A DNA stretch of 64,000 nt from Candidatus Latescibacterota bacterium (GTDB lineage Bacteria > Latescibacterota > UBA2968 > SICM01): positions 1,984,001 to 2,048,000 of the forward strand of contig CBDCJO010000002.1 in assembly GCA_965217865.1 (NCBI GenBank), read 5' to 3'. Below, one piece after another: positions 28,352 through 41,964 of this stretch; within the stretch, counting starts at the first letter, position 1, and every line of letters starts with the position of its first letter. The notes under the pieces were generated by a model, which had not been told where the DNA came from, ran no database searches, and saw only the letters and a list, made by a program, of their open reading frames with translations. Position numbers and translations under genes: made by a program.

Positions 28352-29683
28352 ATGGCGACCGAGGCGCAGAAGAAGACAGTCACAAAGATCATCGATGAAA
28401 TGGAGGACGAGATCGTCCAGACGATCAGTGAGTTGGTCAAGATTCGGAGTGTGAATCCGGGTTATCCCGGGGTCGATGTCGAAAAGGAACTCGGCGGAGA
28501 AACCGAGGCGAACAACTACCTCAAACCGAGATATGAAAAATTAGGTTTGGAAGTGGACATGTGGGAAGAGGTTCCGGGCCGGGCGAATTTGGTCGGCGTG
28601 TGGAAAGGCACGGGGGGCGGGAAGTCCCTCATCCATAATGGCCATATCGACACCGTTCCTCCCGGCCTCACCGAGAACTGGAAATCAGGCGATCCCCTCA
28701 GCGGGAAGGTGCAGGACGGCCGGATCTGCGGCCGGGGTTCGTGCGATATGAAGGGCCCGGTGGTCTCTCAAACCATGGCGATCGCGGCAATACAACGCGC
28801 GGGCCTGCAGCTCAAAGGGAATGTGATCCTGGAAAGCACGGTGGGTGAGGAGAACATGGAAAGCGCGGAAATCGGGGCCGGCATCACCGTCCAGCGCGGC
28901 TATAAGGCGGATGCGGCCATTGTCTCCGAACCCTCGGCACCCCCCCATCCCCTGGCCGTCGTCCCGGTTTCACCCGGCCTCTTGTGGGCCGGGGTTTCAG
29001 TTGAGGGTAAAGCCAGCCATGCCTCGATGCGTGGAGAGACATTCCGTGCCGGCGGGCTGGGTGCAAAGGTGGCGGTAAACGCGATCGACAAGGGGATCTT
29101 TCTCGTCAACGCGATCCGGAAGCTAGAGGACGAATGGGGCCTCACCAAACAACACCCCCTGTTCAAACCCGGTCAGTTCTCGATACTGCCGGGGGTGATT
29201 TCCGGGGCCCCTCACGGTGTGCAGGTGCCATTTTTTGTTTCCGATTACTGCAATATCGAATATTGCATCTGGTTCCATCCCGACGAAGATCCCGAAAACG
29301 TAAAGGAAGAATTCGAAACGTATATCCACCACGCCTCACAGCTGGATGAGTGGCTCCGAGAGCACCCCCCCAAGGTGGAATGGAAGATCGTTTGGCCCGC
29401 ATTTGTCGTAGATGAGGATCATCCGATCTGCAGATCCGTGGGCGACGCCCACGAGGAGGCCGCGCAAGGCACCCGATTTGAGGGACCTGCAAAAGTTGCC
29501 GGGTGGTATGCGGTAAGCGACGCAGCCTTTCTGAACCCCCAGGGGGTGCCCAGCATCGTCTACGGACCCGGCAGCCTGCTGGTTGCCCACGCCCCGGATG
29601 AGTACATCGAAATCGATGAGCTGATGGTGGCAACCAAAACTTACGCCCTGGTCACGATGGAATGGTGCGAAGTGAGCGGTTGA
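28352..29683 (+). CDS. ArgE/DapE-family deacylase (M20)
   Basis: NGHIDTV, GRGSCDMKG, GEE, EP, AHAPDEY. Confidence 0.92.
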   Translation: MATEAQKKTVTKIIDEMEDEIVQTISELVKIRSVNPGYPGVDVEKELGGETEANNYLKPRYEKLGLEVDMWEEVPGRANLVGVWKGTGGGKSLIHNGHIDTVPPGLTENWKSGDPLSGKVQDGRICGRGSCDMKGPVVSQTMAIAAIQRAGLQLKGNVILESTVGEENMESAEIGAGITVQRGYKADAAIVSEPSAPPHPLAVVPVSPGLLWAGVSVEGKASHASMRGETFRAGGLGAKVAVNAIDKGIFLVNAIRKLEDEWGLTKQHPLFKPGQFSILPGVISGAPHGVQVPFFVSDYCNIEYCIWFHPDEDPENVKEEFETYIHHASQLDEWLREHPPKVEWKIVWPAFVVDEDHPICRSVGDAHEEAAQGTRFEGPAKVAGWYAVSDAAFLNPQGVPSIVYGPGSLLVAHAPDEYIEIDELMVATKTYALVTMEWCEVSG

Positions 29684-29713
29684 TTCTGGCAGGACGAAAC
29701 AGGAGGCAGCTTC

Positions 29714-31661
29714 ATGGCGAACCTTCTTTCAACATCCGGCAGGTCACTCAAATTATGGACGGCAGTGATCTTCATAGTGTCAGGAATCCTGGCTGTGGTC
29801 CTGAACGCCTCGGCTCAATCGATGAAACATCCGATGGACCCGCTGACCGCCGAAGAGTACTCCGCGGCCGTGAAAGTGTTGAAGACCGAAAAAAAGGTCG
29901 ATGATGAGACCCGCTTTTCACTGATCACCCTCCTCGAACCTCCGAAATCCACGGTGTTGGCATGGAAACCCGGCACCCCTGTGTCCAGGAAAGCCTTCGC
30001 CAGCGTGAAAAAAGGTCCTGATATATTCGAGGCGATTGTTGATATAACAGGAGAAGCGGTTGCCTCCTGGAAGCGGATCACCGGGGTCCAGCCGGGGGTG
30101 TTGACCGAAGAATGGACATCCGCCCAGGAAATCGTCCGGTCGGATCCGGCCTGGCAGGCCGCCGTCCGAAAAAGAGGAATCACCGATTTCGAAAACGTGG
30201 TCTGCCTCCCCCTGACCGTAGGCTACTTCGGAATCGCCGAGGAAGAAGGGCGACGCCTGTTCAAGGTTGCGAGTTTCGATTCTCGGGGAACCCGGAACTT
30301 CTGGGCCCGCCCGATCGAAGGCCTCACGGCCGTGGTGGACATCGAGAAGGGAGAAGTGATCAAGCTGATCGACACCGGCGTCTTGCCTATCCCTGAGGGG
30401 ACCGCCGATCTCGATGAGGTGTCAGCCGGTCCACTTCGAGAAGCGCCGAATCCCATATCGATGGTCCAGCCCGAAGGTCCAAGTTTCAAGGTAGACAACA
30501 ACCAGGTAAGCTGGCAAAACTGGAACTTTCATTTTCGGATCGATCCCCGGCTCGGTCCTGTATCAGGGCGCTATATCAGAGCTCTTCGTCCCCTACATGG
30601 ATCCTGACGTCGGATGGTACTTCCGGACCTACATGGATGCAGGCGAATACGGAGTGGGCAAGCTCGCAGCGCCTCTGGAGCCTGGGCTGGACTGCCCTGA
30701 AAACGCTCTGTTTTTCGACGCCGTCTTCGCAGACGATCTGGGAAAACCCTACACCCAGAAGCGGGCGGCCTGCCTCTTTGAACGCTACACCGCGGACATC
30801 GCCTGGCGTCACTATGAAGGTGTCAACGGGGCCAGTGAAGTCCGCAGGAAAACCGACCTCGTCTTTCGCTTTATCTCTGCCATCGGCAATTACGACTACC
30901 TCCTCGACTGGGTCTTCCGTCAGGACGGGTCGATTAAGGTTGCCCTGGGCGCCAGCGGAATCGAACAGGTCAAGGCCGTGAAAAGCCGGACGGCCTTAGA
31001 TGATAGGGAGGGGATCGAAACACGGTACGGGCACATGGTTGCGGAGCACACCGCGGCGATCAACCACGATCACTTCTTCTGTTTTCGGCTCGATCTTGAT
31101 GTCGACGGACCGAAGAACAGCTTTCTCCGTGACAAACTCAAAACCGTGCGTCTCGAAAAAGGACCCAGGAAAAGCGTCTGGATTGTCGAACCGGATATGG
31201 CCGAGACGGAGCAGGATGCAAAACTCCGGATCAACATCGAGAAACCCTCGCTCTGGCGGGTCATCAATCCCGATGTCAGCGGACCGCTCGGCTATCCTGT
31301 CAGCTACCGGCTCAAGTTCAAGACCAACGCCGTTTCACTCCTGACGCCGGATGACTTCCCTCAGCGTCGAGCCGGCTTCACGGACTACCACCTCTGGGTC
31401 ACCCCCTACAATCCCGATGAACAATATGCGGGTGGGACCTATCCGAATCAGAGCAAAGGCGGCGACGGACTCCCCGCCTGGACCAAGGGCAATCGTACGA
31501 TAGAAAATACCGACATCGTGCTCTGGTACACCCTCGGGTTTCACCACGTGGTCCGGGCGGAGGATTGGCCGGTTTTGCCAACCTCTTGGCATGAATTCGA
31601 GCTTCATCCATTCGACTTCTTTGAACGAAATCCCGCCCTCGACTTGCCGAAAGGCCGTTAA
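29714..31661 (+). pseudogene. Copper amine oxidase (TynA-like), split by a short deletion/frameshift near 30555
   Basis: HPMDPLT, NYDY (TPQ site), HDH and HHVVRAEDWP copper ligands, spread across ORFs 29714-30607 and 30597-31661. Confidence 0.88.
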
Positions 31662-31699
31662 TTCGTCGACGCTTCCAAAACCCCTAAGGAGGTGGTGAC

Positions 31700-32050
31700 T
31701 TGTCTGAACACCAACGAATAGACGTTTGTCCTGTACTTGCCGTGTTTGACGTCGAAGAAAGCATTCAATACTACGAAGATGTCCTTGGATTTCCCGGTCA
31801 CTGGAGCGAAGGCCCCCCCCGATTGGGGAGGTGTTTCCGGCGTCGTAATGAATTTAAATCCGGAACTGGCGAAAAAGGCCAGGGGATCTCAGTTTCTGGT
31901 CCAGGTCGACGATATTGAGGAATCATTCAACCGGCACAAGTCGAAAGGGGCCAAAATCATAAAGGAAATTTCAGAAACCCACTAGGGACAGTCGGGAATA
32001 CTACCTTGAAGACGTCAACGGATATACCTGGCGGTTTTTTACCCCGACTG
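31700..32050 (+). pseudogene. Glyoxalase/VOC-family protein, frameshifted
   Basis: PVLAVFDVEESIQYYEDVLGF, then VDDIEE...KGAKII and EYYLEDVNGY in other frames. Confidence 0.65.
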
Positions 32051-32248
32051 AGTAGGATACCTAAGCGCCCAACGTGTATTATCATTTCTCCGCTTTATTC
32101 CCCTCCGAACCGAAAAACCTGCCAGGGTCGTGCAATCTTCTATTGAATTGCTTCCGGACAACGGCTATATTTTCTGTTGCCAACCGCCAATGTAACGCGA
32201 AGCGTCAGACAATCCCAGCCAGAGCACAATCCTTGTGAGGAAACGACG

Positions 32249-33873
<1,625 letters not shown>

Positions 33874-34152
33874 TGAAGACTGTTTCTTCCTGTTTTTTAA
33901 TGGATTAGATTTTCCCGTCACGGATGTGGGTTGCGAGCAGAGAGAGGAACCGGTGGGGTGGTAGTAAGAAAAAGGGCGACCTTGGGGAGGGGGTGAAAGC
34001 AAACAAGATGACTCCCGACGTCATGTCGATCCTTCGCAGGCAAGCGGTGTTAAATGCAGGGCTAATTCTGTTACACGCCATATAAACCAGGAAGATCTCG
34101 AAGACTTAACACGATGAATAAAGAAAGCCAAGGCAAGGGATCAGCTTCTGAT

Positions 34153-35117
34153 ATGGAAAGCGGGGGATCCATAGCCTTATGCGATCCTCACTTCCACACG
34201 TGGGACCTCCCCAACCGCCCCAACCCTAACCTGTGCTCGGCGCAGTGGCCGAACAGCTGCCGACCTATCTGACGTCCGACTACGCCCGCGACATGCGGGA
34301 GCTCCCCCCCCAGCTGCGGCTTGTCTCCCGGGTGCACGTGGAGACCGTCGTCGGACAGATGGATGGCGGCATTCCCCTGGATACCGTGGACGAGACACGG
34401 TGGGTGTGTTCCGAGCTCGAGCCAGCGTCCGCGGAACTCCCCTTTTCCCTGGTCGCCTATGTGCACCTGGCGCGGGACACTGCCGAAAGCGAGCGGCTGC
34501 TCCAAGAACACGCCGAGGCCTCGGGGGGACGGTTGTGCGGTGTCCGCATGATCCTGAACCACCATCCCGACGACCCGAGTCTGACGTGGCCGCAGGTGGA
34601 GAGCTGCGAGTTGCTGCGCAGCTCCATCTTCCGCCAAGGCATGACCCTGCTCGACCAACGCAATCTGTCCTTCGACCTGTCGTGTAACCCGCACCAGATT
34701 GAGGACGCCGTGAAGGTGTTTCGCGACTTTCCGGGGATTCGAGTGATTATAAACCATTTTGGTTTTCTACACGACGGCGAGGATGAAACGCACGAGCGGT
34801 TGTGGCGCGAAGGAATGCGCGCACTGGCCGCGCTGCCGAACATCTACGTGAAACTGTCGATGTTCTGGTTTGCCATGGAGGGTTTTCACCAAGACCCCTC
34901 GAAAGAGGAGAGAGTTCGGGGACTGGTCAGAGAGATGATCGATACGTTCGGATGCGACAGGTGTATGTTTGCCAGCAACTACCCGGTGGACAAGCTTATG
35001 GGCATTGGGATATCGACGCTTTACAGCAAATTCCTCCAGTGGAGCGCGGACCTGTCGGACGCGGACCGATCCGCCCTCTTTCACGACACCGCGATTCGGG
35101 CCTACGGTCTCGTTTGA
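34153..35117 (+). CDS. Amidohydrolase-2 (sugar lactonase-like), frameshifted near the 5' end
   Basis: CDPHFHTWD in the upstream frame; INHFG, VKLS, FASNYPVD. Confidence 0.8.
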
Positions 35118-35205
35118 TCACGTTTTGTGGGGGACGCACTTAAGACCGCAAAGGGACGCCCGGGGATCTTTGCAGAGATTTTCGTTTCCATGCGTAAGTA
35201 ATAAA

Positions 35206-35667
35206 ATGAGTTTCGGAGAATTCCCGGCCACAAGACACCGCGTGACCTACGCCATAATACTAACGGTCGTCCTTGGGGTCGGCCTCGGTTCACGCAATGC
35301 CCCCTTCCAGATCCCTCCATTCATCTCAACCTATGCCGGCGATACCCTTTGGGCCCTGTTCGTATTCCTTGGAATTCGATTCCTGATCCCAACCGGTTCG
35401 ATTCTGGGGGCTTCGATCACCGCCGGGACCGTCTCGGTACTGGTGGAGATCTCCCAGCTTTACCACGGGAGTTGGATCGATGCGATCCGGGAAACCTGGC
35501 CTGGAGCCCTGATCCTGGGCCATAACTTCATATGGAGTGATTTCATCTGCTACTTCGCCGGAATCGGCCTCGGAGCCCTCTTCGAACTCGCAGTGAGGCA
35601 CGGTCGGTCCTTTCCCGAAGTTAGAAACGAACCTGACCCCCTCACGCTTCAGAAGGGTGGAAGATGA
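35206..35667 (+). CDS. DUF2809-like membrane protein
   Basis: YAGDTLWA, EISQLYH..WID.IR.T..G.LILG..F.WSD. Confidence 0.8.
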   Translation: MSFGEFPATRHRVTYAIILTVVLGVGLGSRNAPFQIPPFISTYAGDTLWALFVFLGIRFLIPTGSILGASITAGTVSVLVEISQLYHGSWIDAIRETWPGALILGHNFIWSDFICYFAGIGLGALFELAVRHGRSFPEVRNEPDPLTLQKGGR

Positions 35668-36659
35668 TGAAGGCGATGGTCTTCGAGAGCGCAGGTTCCC
35701 CCCTCCAACCCCGCGACCTTCCCGTCCCGAAACCCGGCCCCGGACAGGTTTTGATCAAAGTCCACGCCTGTGGGGTATGCCGGACCGACCTGCATATCCT
35801 CGATGGCGATCTCAAGGGTCCGAAATTGCCTTTGATCCTCGGACACGAAATTGTCGGGATTGTGACGGAAATCGGAGAAGGTGTTGAAAGAATCTCGACA
35901 GGACAACGAATCGGCGTCCCCTGGATGGGGTCAACTTGTGGTTCCTGTATCTTTTGTTCGAAAGACCGTGAAAATCTCTGTGAGATGGCCGCCTTCACCG
36001 GTTACCAGATCGACGGTGGCTACTCCGAATACACGCTGGCGAACCATCGTTACTGTTTCCCGATTCCGGAAAATTATACCGACACCGGAGCGGCCCCCTT
36101 GCTCTGTGCTGGACTCATTGGCTATCGATCCTTCCGCATGACCGGAGACAGTTCCCGAATTGGCCTGTATGGGTTCGGCGCCGCCGCTCATATCATCCTA
36201 CAGGTTGCCCGCCACGAGGGCCGTCAGGTTTACGCCTTCACACGTCCGGGTAACACCCTGGGGCAGGCCTTTGCACTGTCCCTGGGGGCTGTCTGGGCGG
36301 GTGGGTCCGACTCCCCGCCCCCCGAACCCCTCGACGCGGCCATTATCTTCGCACCGGTGGGGGGCCTTGTCCCCATAGCACTTCGGGCGGTCGTCAAGGG
36401 GGGAACTGTGATATGCGCCGGCATTCACATGAGCGAGATCCCTACCTTCCCTTACGAACTCCTGTGGGGGGAGAGAATCGTCCGATCCGTGGCCAATCTC
36501 ACCCGTCAGGACGGCGCGGAGTTCCTCCAACTGGCGCCTACCGTCCCGGTTCAAACCGAAGTGAGTACCTTTGCTCTGGATGATGCGAACGATGCCTTGG
36601 AAAGCTTGAGAAGCGGTCGAATTCAAGGCGCGGCCGTTCTGGTGATGGACCAGGCCTGA
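35664..36659 (+). CDS. Zn-dependent alcohol dehydrogenase family protein
   Basis: CGVCRTDLH, GHE, CGSCIFC...ENLC, GFGAAA. Confidence 0.93.
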   Translation: MMKAMVFESAGSPLQPRDLPVPKPGPGQVLIKVHACGVCRTDLHILDGDLKGPKLPLILGHEIVGIVTEIGEGVERISTGQRIGVPWMGSTCGSCIFCSKDRENLCEMAAFTGYQIDGGYSEYTLANHRYCFPIPENYTDTGAAPLLCAGLIGYRSFRMTGDSSRIGLYGFGAAAHIILQVARHEGRQVYAFTRPGNTLGQAFALSLGAVWAGGSDSPPPEPLDAAIIFAPVGGLVPIALRAVVKGGTVICAGIHMSEIPTFPYELLWGERIVRSVANLTRQDGAEFLQLAPTVPVQTEVSTFALDDANDALESLRSGRIQGAAVLVMDQA

Positions 36660-36902
36660 GTTCGGAGCGTTCCGGGTTAGGCTATTTGAATTGTTTCGAA
36701 AGCCACGTCCTGAGCGGAGCGGCGGTTTTTGCCTCGTAGTCGAAGTTTCCTTGTACTCTCAGATCCTGAACCATTGCTTTTGGGCGCGACGCATTTTCTC
36801 TTCGTCTTTGAGACAATCCAAACAAAATATGTCATCTGAGCCGAAGGCGAAGAATCTCGCACCTCTTTTTTGATTTCATTGCATTTTCCATTTTCCATTT
36901 TC

Positions 36903-37940
36903 ATGAAGCCACTGAGGATCTCCGAGCGGAAAAAGCGAAGGCGGGTCACCTCGATCCTCCTCTGGACGGCCTTTCCTGTTTGCACCCTGGCAGTACTAAT
37001 CTATTCGACAACGATGCCGAATCGATCGTATTCTGGACCCCTCAGGCCCCTGTCTCAAGAAGAGAGCTCCCTCTCAATTCGTCTCAAAACCCACGTGTCG
37101 AAGTTGGCCGGAGAAATCGGGGAGAGAAACGTCTGGCACCCGGCGGGCCTTGAAAAGTCAGCTGATTATATCAATATGGTTTGGAGGGAGATGGGGTTCG
37201 ATGTAGATTCCCAGTCTTTCACAGCTCAAGGGATGGTCGTGTCGAACCTGGAAACCCGGAAATCCGGATCCACCTTGCCCGAAGAGATCATCGTCGTGGG
37301 CGCACACTACGATTCGGTGATCGGGAGCCCCGGCGCAAACGATAATGCCTCGGGCGTGGCTGCCCTTCTCGAAATCTCCAGGCACTTCGCAAACAGTGGA
37401 TGCCGGAGAACGATCCGGTTTGTCGCGTTTGTGAATGAAGAACCGCCATTCTTCCAGACCAACCTGATGGGCAGCCTCGTCTATGCATCCCGATCCAGAA
37501 AACTTGGCGAGCAGATCTCCGCCATGATCTCGATGGAGACCATCGGTTATTACTCCGACGAGGAAGGGAGCCAGGGCTATCCGTTTCCGCTGACCCTGTT
37601 TTATCCCCGAACCGCCAACTTTATCGGCTTCGTCGGAAATATGTCGTCCCGTCGCCTCGTTCATAGAGTCATTTCGACATTTCGGGGGCATACCGACTTC
37701 CCGTCTGAAGGGGCGGCCGCCCCAGGATGGATCGCAGGAATCGGTTGGTCGGACCACTGGTCCTTCTGGCAACACGGTTACCCCGCCGTTATGGTTACCG
37801 ATACCGCCCCTTATCGTTATCAACACTATCACTCCGGAGACGACACGCCGGATAAGATCGATTATGATCGAATGGCGCGCGTCGTGGCCGGAATCATAAA
37901 GGTTGTCGCTGACCTCGGCGATTCCCCATCCGGTTCATAA
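36903..37940 (+). CDS. M28-family peptidase
   Basis: GAHYDS, GANDNASG, NEEPP, SDH, YH...D. Confidence 0.9.
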   Translation: MKPLRISERKKRRRVTSILLWTAFPVCTLAVLIYSTTMPNRSYSGPLRPLSQEESSLSIRLKTHVSKLAGEIGERNVWHPAGLEKSADYINMVWREMGFDVDSQSFTAQGMVVSNLETRKSGSTLPEEIIVVGAHYDSVIGSPGANDNASGVAALLEISRHFANSGCRRTIRFVAFVNEEPPFFQTNLMGSLVYASRSRKLGEQISAMISMETIGYYSDEEGSQGYPFPLTLFYPRTANFIGFVGNMSSRRLVHRVISTFRGHTDFPSEGAAAPGWIAGIGWSDHWSFWQHGYPAVMVTDTAPYRYQHYHSGDDTPDKIDYDRMARVVAGIIKVVADLGDSPSGS

Positions 37941-37956
37941 AAGCCCGCATCACCAA

Positions 37957-39492
37957 TTGACTTTCTCGTGGAGGCTTCTTTCGAAAAAAATCGATCGTTC
38001 CACCGTTCAATGGACCGGGCTTTTCGCAGGTCCCGCCCTCGGCGTGTTAACCTACCTGCTGCTTCCGGATACCTACCAGGACAGCCGGGGCGCGACCCTC
38101 CTTTTTACATCCGCCGGACACGCCACCGCTGCGACAGGGGTCTGGATGGCTGTCTGGTGGATCACCGAGGCGATCCCCGTTTACGCCACGGCCCTGCTGC
38201 CGCTGGCCCTCTTTCCAGCAACCGGGGCCGTCCCGATCCATAAGGCCGCATCCCCTTATGGTCACGAACTGATCTTTCTGTTTATGGGCGGGTTCATCAT
38301 CGCGCTTTCGATGCAGCGCTGGGGTTTGCACAGGAGGATCGCCTTGGCCGCGCTCCAGCTGGTCGGCACGGGTCCGACCCGGATCGTCGGCGGTTTCATG
38401 GGAATCACAGCCGTCCTCAGCATGTGGGTGTCCAACACCGCGACCACCATCATGATGCTGCCGATCGCGCTGAGCGTAATCGGTCTGGTCCGGCCGGAGA
38501 AAACCGAAGGGCCAATCGATGAAGCCTCTAAAAAAAAAGGAAACAACTTTGCCGTCTGTCTGCTCCTGAGCATCGCCTACGCATCCTCGATCGGCGGAAT
38601 TGGCACCCTCATCGGAACGCCTCCCAACCTCTTTCTGGCCTCCTTTATCCAGAGCCAATTGGGCGTGGAGATCAGCTTCGTGAGGTGGATGGGAATCGGG
38701 ATACCCCTTGTGGCGGCCTTTCTCCCACTGACTTGGCTGCTGATGACGCGCGTATTTTATCCGTCCGGACCGATACGGATCGAGGGCGCGATCGCCGGCA
38801 ATGCCTACAGGGAACTGGGCGCCATGAAACCCGGAGAATGGGCATCCCTGATCGTCTTCCTCCTGACCGCGATGGCGTGGATGTCTCGCCGATTTATTAT
38901 CGACCTCGAATGGAACGGTTCTAAGCCCTTCTCAGGGATCTCCGATCCGGTCATCGGCATGATCGCCGCCCTGGCGCTGTTCGTAATCCCCCTCGACTTC
39001 AAGAAGCGTGTCTTTGTCATGAACTGGGAAACCGCTGTCAAGCTCCCCTGGGGCCTTCTGGTACTTTTTGGCGGAGGGCTGAGCCTGGCGGCTGCCATAA
39101 AAACAAACGGCGTGGGGGAGTTCCTCGGAAGTCAAGTTGGCGGTTTTGTGGGAATTCACCCACTCCTAACAATCCTCCTGACGACCGCTTTGATGATCTT
39201 CCTGACGGAGCTCACCAGCAATACCGCGACGACAGCAACCCTGATCCCGATCCTGTTCGCTCTGGCTCCGGGTCTTGGCATGAATCCATTCGTGATGATC
39301 GTGCCTGCCGCGATCGCCGCGAGCTGCGCGTTCATGCTCCCTGTCGCCACCCCCCCAAACGCCATCGTCTTCGGTTCTGGCAACGTGACAATCCCACAGA
39401 TGTGCAGGGCCGGTCTCTGGCTGAACCTTATCGGCATCGTACTGATCACAGCGCTGACCTACACGTTTGCCCTGCGGTTGTTGGGAGTCTGA
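37957..39492 (+). CDS. DASS/SLC13 sodium:dicarboxylate or sulfate symporter (start uncertain)
   Basis: SMWVSNTAT, GTPPN, TELTSNTAT, FMLPVATPPNA. Confidence 0.92.
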   Translation: MTFSWRLLSKKIDRSTVQWTGLFAGPALGVLTYLLLPDTYQDSRGATLLFTSAGHATAATGVWMAVWWITEAIPVYATALLPLALFPATGAVPIHKAASPYGHELIFLFMGGFIIALSMQRWGLHRRIALAALQLVGTGPTRIVGGFMGITAVLSMWVSNTATTIMMLPIALSVIGLVRPEKTEGPIDEASKKKGNNFAVCLLLSIAYASSIGGIGTLIGTPPNLFLASFIQSQLGVEISFVRWMGIGIPLVAAFLPLTWLLMTRVFYPSGPIRIEGAIAGNAYRELGAMKPGEWASLIVFLLTAMAWMSRRFIIDLEWNGSKPFSGISDPVIGMIAALALFVIPLDFKKRVFVMNWETAVKLPWGLLVLFGGGLSLAAAIKTNGVGEFLGSQVGGFVGIHPLLTILLTTALMIFLTELTSNTATTATLIPILFALAPGLGMNPFVMIVPAAIAASCAFMLPVATPPNAIVFGSGNVTIPQMCRAGLWLNLIGIVLITALTYTFALRLLGV

Positions 39493-39513
39493 CCGCGATC
39501 ACACCATAATCCC

Positions 39514-40128
39514 ATGTCTGTCCCAACTTCAAAGAAATCCCCACCCGATATCCGGCGGTTAAAGCGGGACATCGTCTTTCAAGAACGCCTTCGAGACACG
39601 GAGTTCGAGTTTCACAGCACCTGGGGCCTGTTCAGCCCGCGCCAGATCGACGAAGGGACCCGGTTGCTCGTGGAAAACTTCGATGTCCGCCCGGATCATA
39701 CCACCCTGGAGATCGGATGCGGATACGGACCGATCGGGATTGTCCTTGCCCATCAATCGTCCTCAGGGGATGTGCATATGGTGGACAAGGACTACATCGC
39801 GATCGAGTACGCGAAGATTAACGTCCGGGTGAACGGATTGGACAACTGCAGGGTCTACCTGAGCAACGCCTTCAGTGAAGTGCCTGAGAGATTGCGATTC
39901 GACAACATCGTTTCGAATCTGCCGGCCAAAATCGGAAAGGAGATGTTGTCGATTATTCTCCACGACGCTTTCCACCGGTTACACCCAGGCGGACGGTTTT
40001 GCGTCGTCACCGTCTCCGGACTCCGACAGTGGATTAAACGAAATCTGAATGATGTTTTCGGAGATTATCGAAAGTTGAAACAGGGGAGATATTACACGGT
40101 CGCGGTTGCGAATAAACCAGCTGATTAA
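39514..40128 (+). CDS. Class I SAM methyltransferase (RsmC/MTS-like)
   Basis: GLFSP..IDEGTRLL, EIGCGYGPIG, SNLP. Confidence 0.85.
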   Translation: MSVPTSKKSPPDIRRLKRDIVFQERLRDTEFEFHSTWGLFSPRQIDEGTRLLVENFDVRPDHTTLEIGCGYGPIGIVLAHQSSSGDVHMVDKDYIAIEYAKINVRVNGLDNCRVYLSNAFSEVPERLRFDNIVSNLPAKIGKEMLSIILHDAFHRLHPGGRFCVVTVSGLRQWIKRNLNDVFGDYRKLKQGRYYTVAVANKPAD

Positions 40129-41784
40129 GGGGACCGATTTGATTCCAGGCGCTTTTCGCGGACTGGCACTCGCTGCTGCGCTTTTAAGCCCGGCATCCAC
40201 GGATGCAAAAGCCGGTGAAATCCAGCTCGTCCTGCAGATAACCGTCGATCAGCTGCGCGGCGATATGCTCTCGCGATTCAAGGACCGCTTCAGGCCGGAC
40301 GGATTCAGGTATTTAATGGACCTGGGGGTCCATTACGCTAACGCCCACTTTGGTCATTCAGCCACATTGACCGCCGTCGGTCACGCCACCCTGGTCACCG
40401 GAGGGCATTCCGCCCAACACGGCATGGTTGGAAACCACTGGTTCGATCGGATGGCCGGAAAACCCGTATACTGTGTCGAAGACGACAGTCACAAGATCAT
40501 CGGAAAAAAGACCCCCCCCGGCATCGGAACCTCACCCCGAAACCTGACCTCCAACACCATCGGAGATGAAATGGTGCTGGCTTCCGGAGGAAAGTCAAGG
40601 GTCTTCAGCGTCTCAATTAAGGACCGGGGGGCGATCATCCCAGGAGGACACCTGGGAAAGGCCTTCTGGTATACGCCGGACTCGGGTGAATTCGTCACAA
40701 GCACATTCTACTACCGTGAAATCCCGGATTGGGTTGAAACGTGGAACGCGGCCGCGCACGCGGACAAGTATAGAGATCGATTCTGGAAGCTCAAATCCGA
40801 TTCAAAAGTCTATATCGCAGATACGGATGACAGGCCTTTCGAAAAATCCTACGGCAATTTGGGACATCTCTTTCCACATCCCCTCCACCACAAGGATCGG
40901 TCCGCCTTTTACCGGGCACTGCGCTATACGCCCTATGGTGACGAGTTTACCCTTGCGTTTGTCAAAGAACTCATCACGCGTGAAAAACTTGGCAGAGGCG
41001 ATGCCGTCGACTTTCTTGCCGTCAGCCTTTCCGCTACCGATTATATCGGCCATGCCTTCGGTCCGCTCAGCCTGGAATATGAGGACAACCTGTTCCGCCT
41101 GGATGCCTCGATGGCGGATCTCTTCGCCTATATCGATTCTGAAGTGGGTTTGGATAAATCCCTGATCGTGCTCTCGGCCGACCACGGCGTAGACGAAGCC
41201 CCCGAACGCAGACAGAAATTGGGCTTTGAGGCAGGTCGTCTTAGACCCCAGGAGTTTATGGCCGCCGTCAACTCGGCTTTGCAAAAACGGTTCGGGTGCA
41301 TCGAGACCCTTCTGGTGGCCTTTTTTAATCCGTCCCTTTACCTCGACAGGGAAGCCATTCAGAAACTCGGGTTGGACCCCGTCACGGTCGAAACCGCCTT
41401 GGCCGAGGAGATGCGCACCATCCCCGGAATCGCATCAATCGTCACCCGATCGGACCTGATGGCAACGAACCTGCCCGCACCCCGTTGATGAAGGAAATTC
41501 ATCGTTCATTTCATCCGGATCGGTCCGGGGATGTGATCATCGTTCAAAAACCCTTCTGGTATTTGGCCCCTAAACCAGAGAGATATACTGCAACCCACGG
41601 ATCCCCATATACTTATGATACATACGTCCCGTTATTGTTCCACGTACCGGACGTGAAACCTCGGACCGTATATCGTCGGGTAGCCCCGGCTGATATCGCC
41701 CCGACGCTAGCCTTTATCCTCGGGATCAACCCCCCGCCCGGCTCTGTCGGAACACCCCTCAATGAGGTCCTCGACCGTCCCTGA
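40106..41784 (+). CDS. Alkaline phosphatase family (PafA-like), frameshifted near 41485
   Basis: VDQLR, TAVGHAT, SIKDR, DYIGH, ADHG; the C-terminus RSGD...THGSPYTYD is in the next frame. Confidence 0.88.
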
Positions 41785-41964
41785 CCCTTTTCCGACACCC
41801 GAAAATAACGTTGTACAGGCAAGTAAAGAATTATTATATCATCCTTATTTAATGTTGGTTATATTAAAGTTAATGCTTTGATTTCACGGAACCGGCGTGG
41901 ATAACGATCGCTGGATTTCAACGACAGACGTTCCAGACTATAGTTGATCGAGGAGTCTTTGAAG

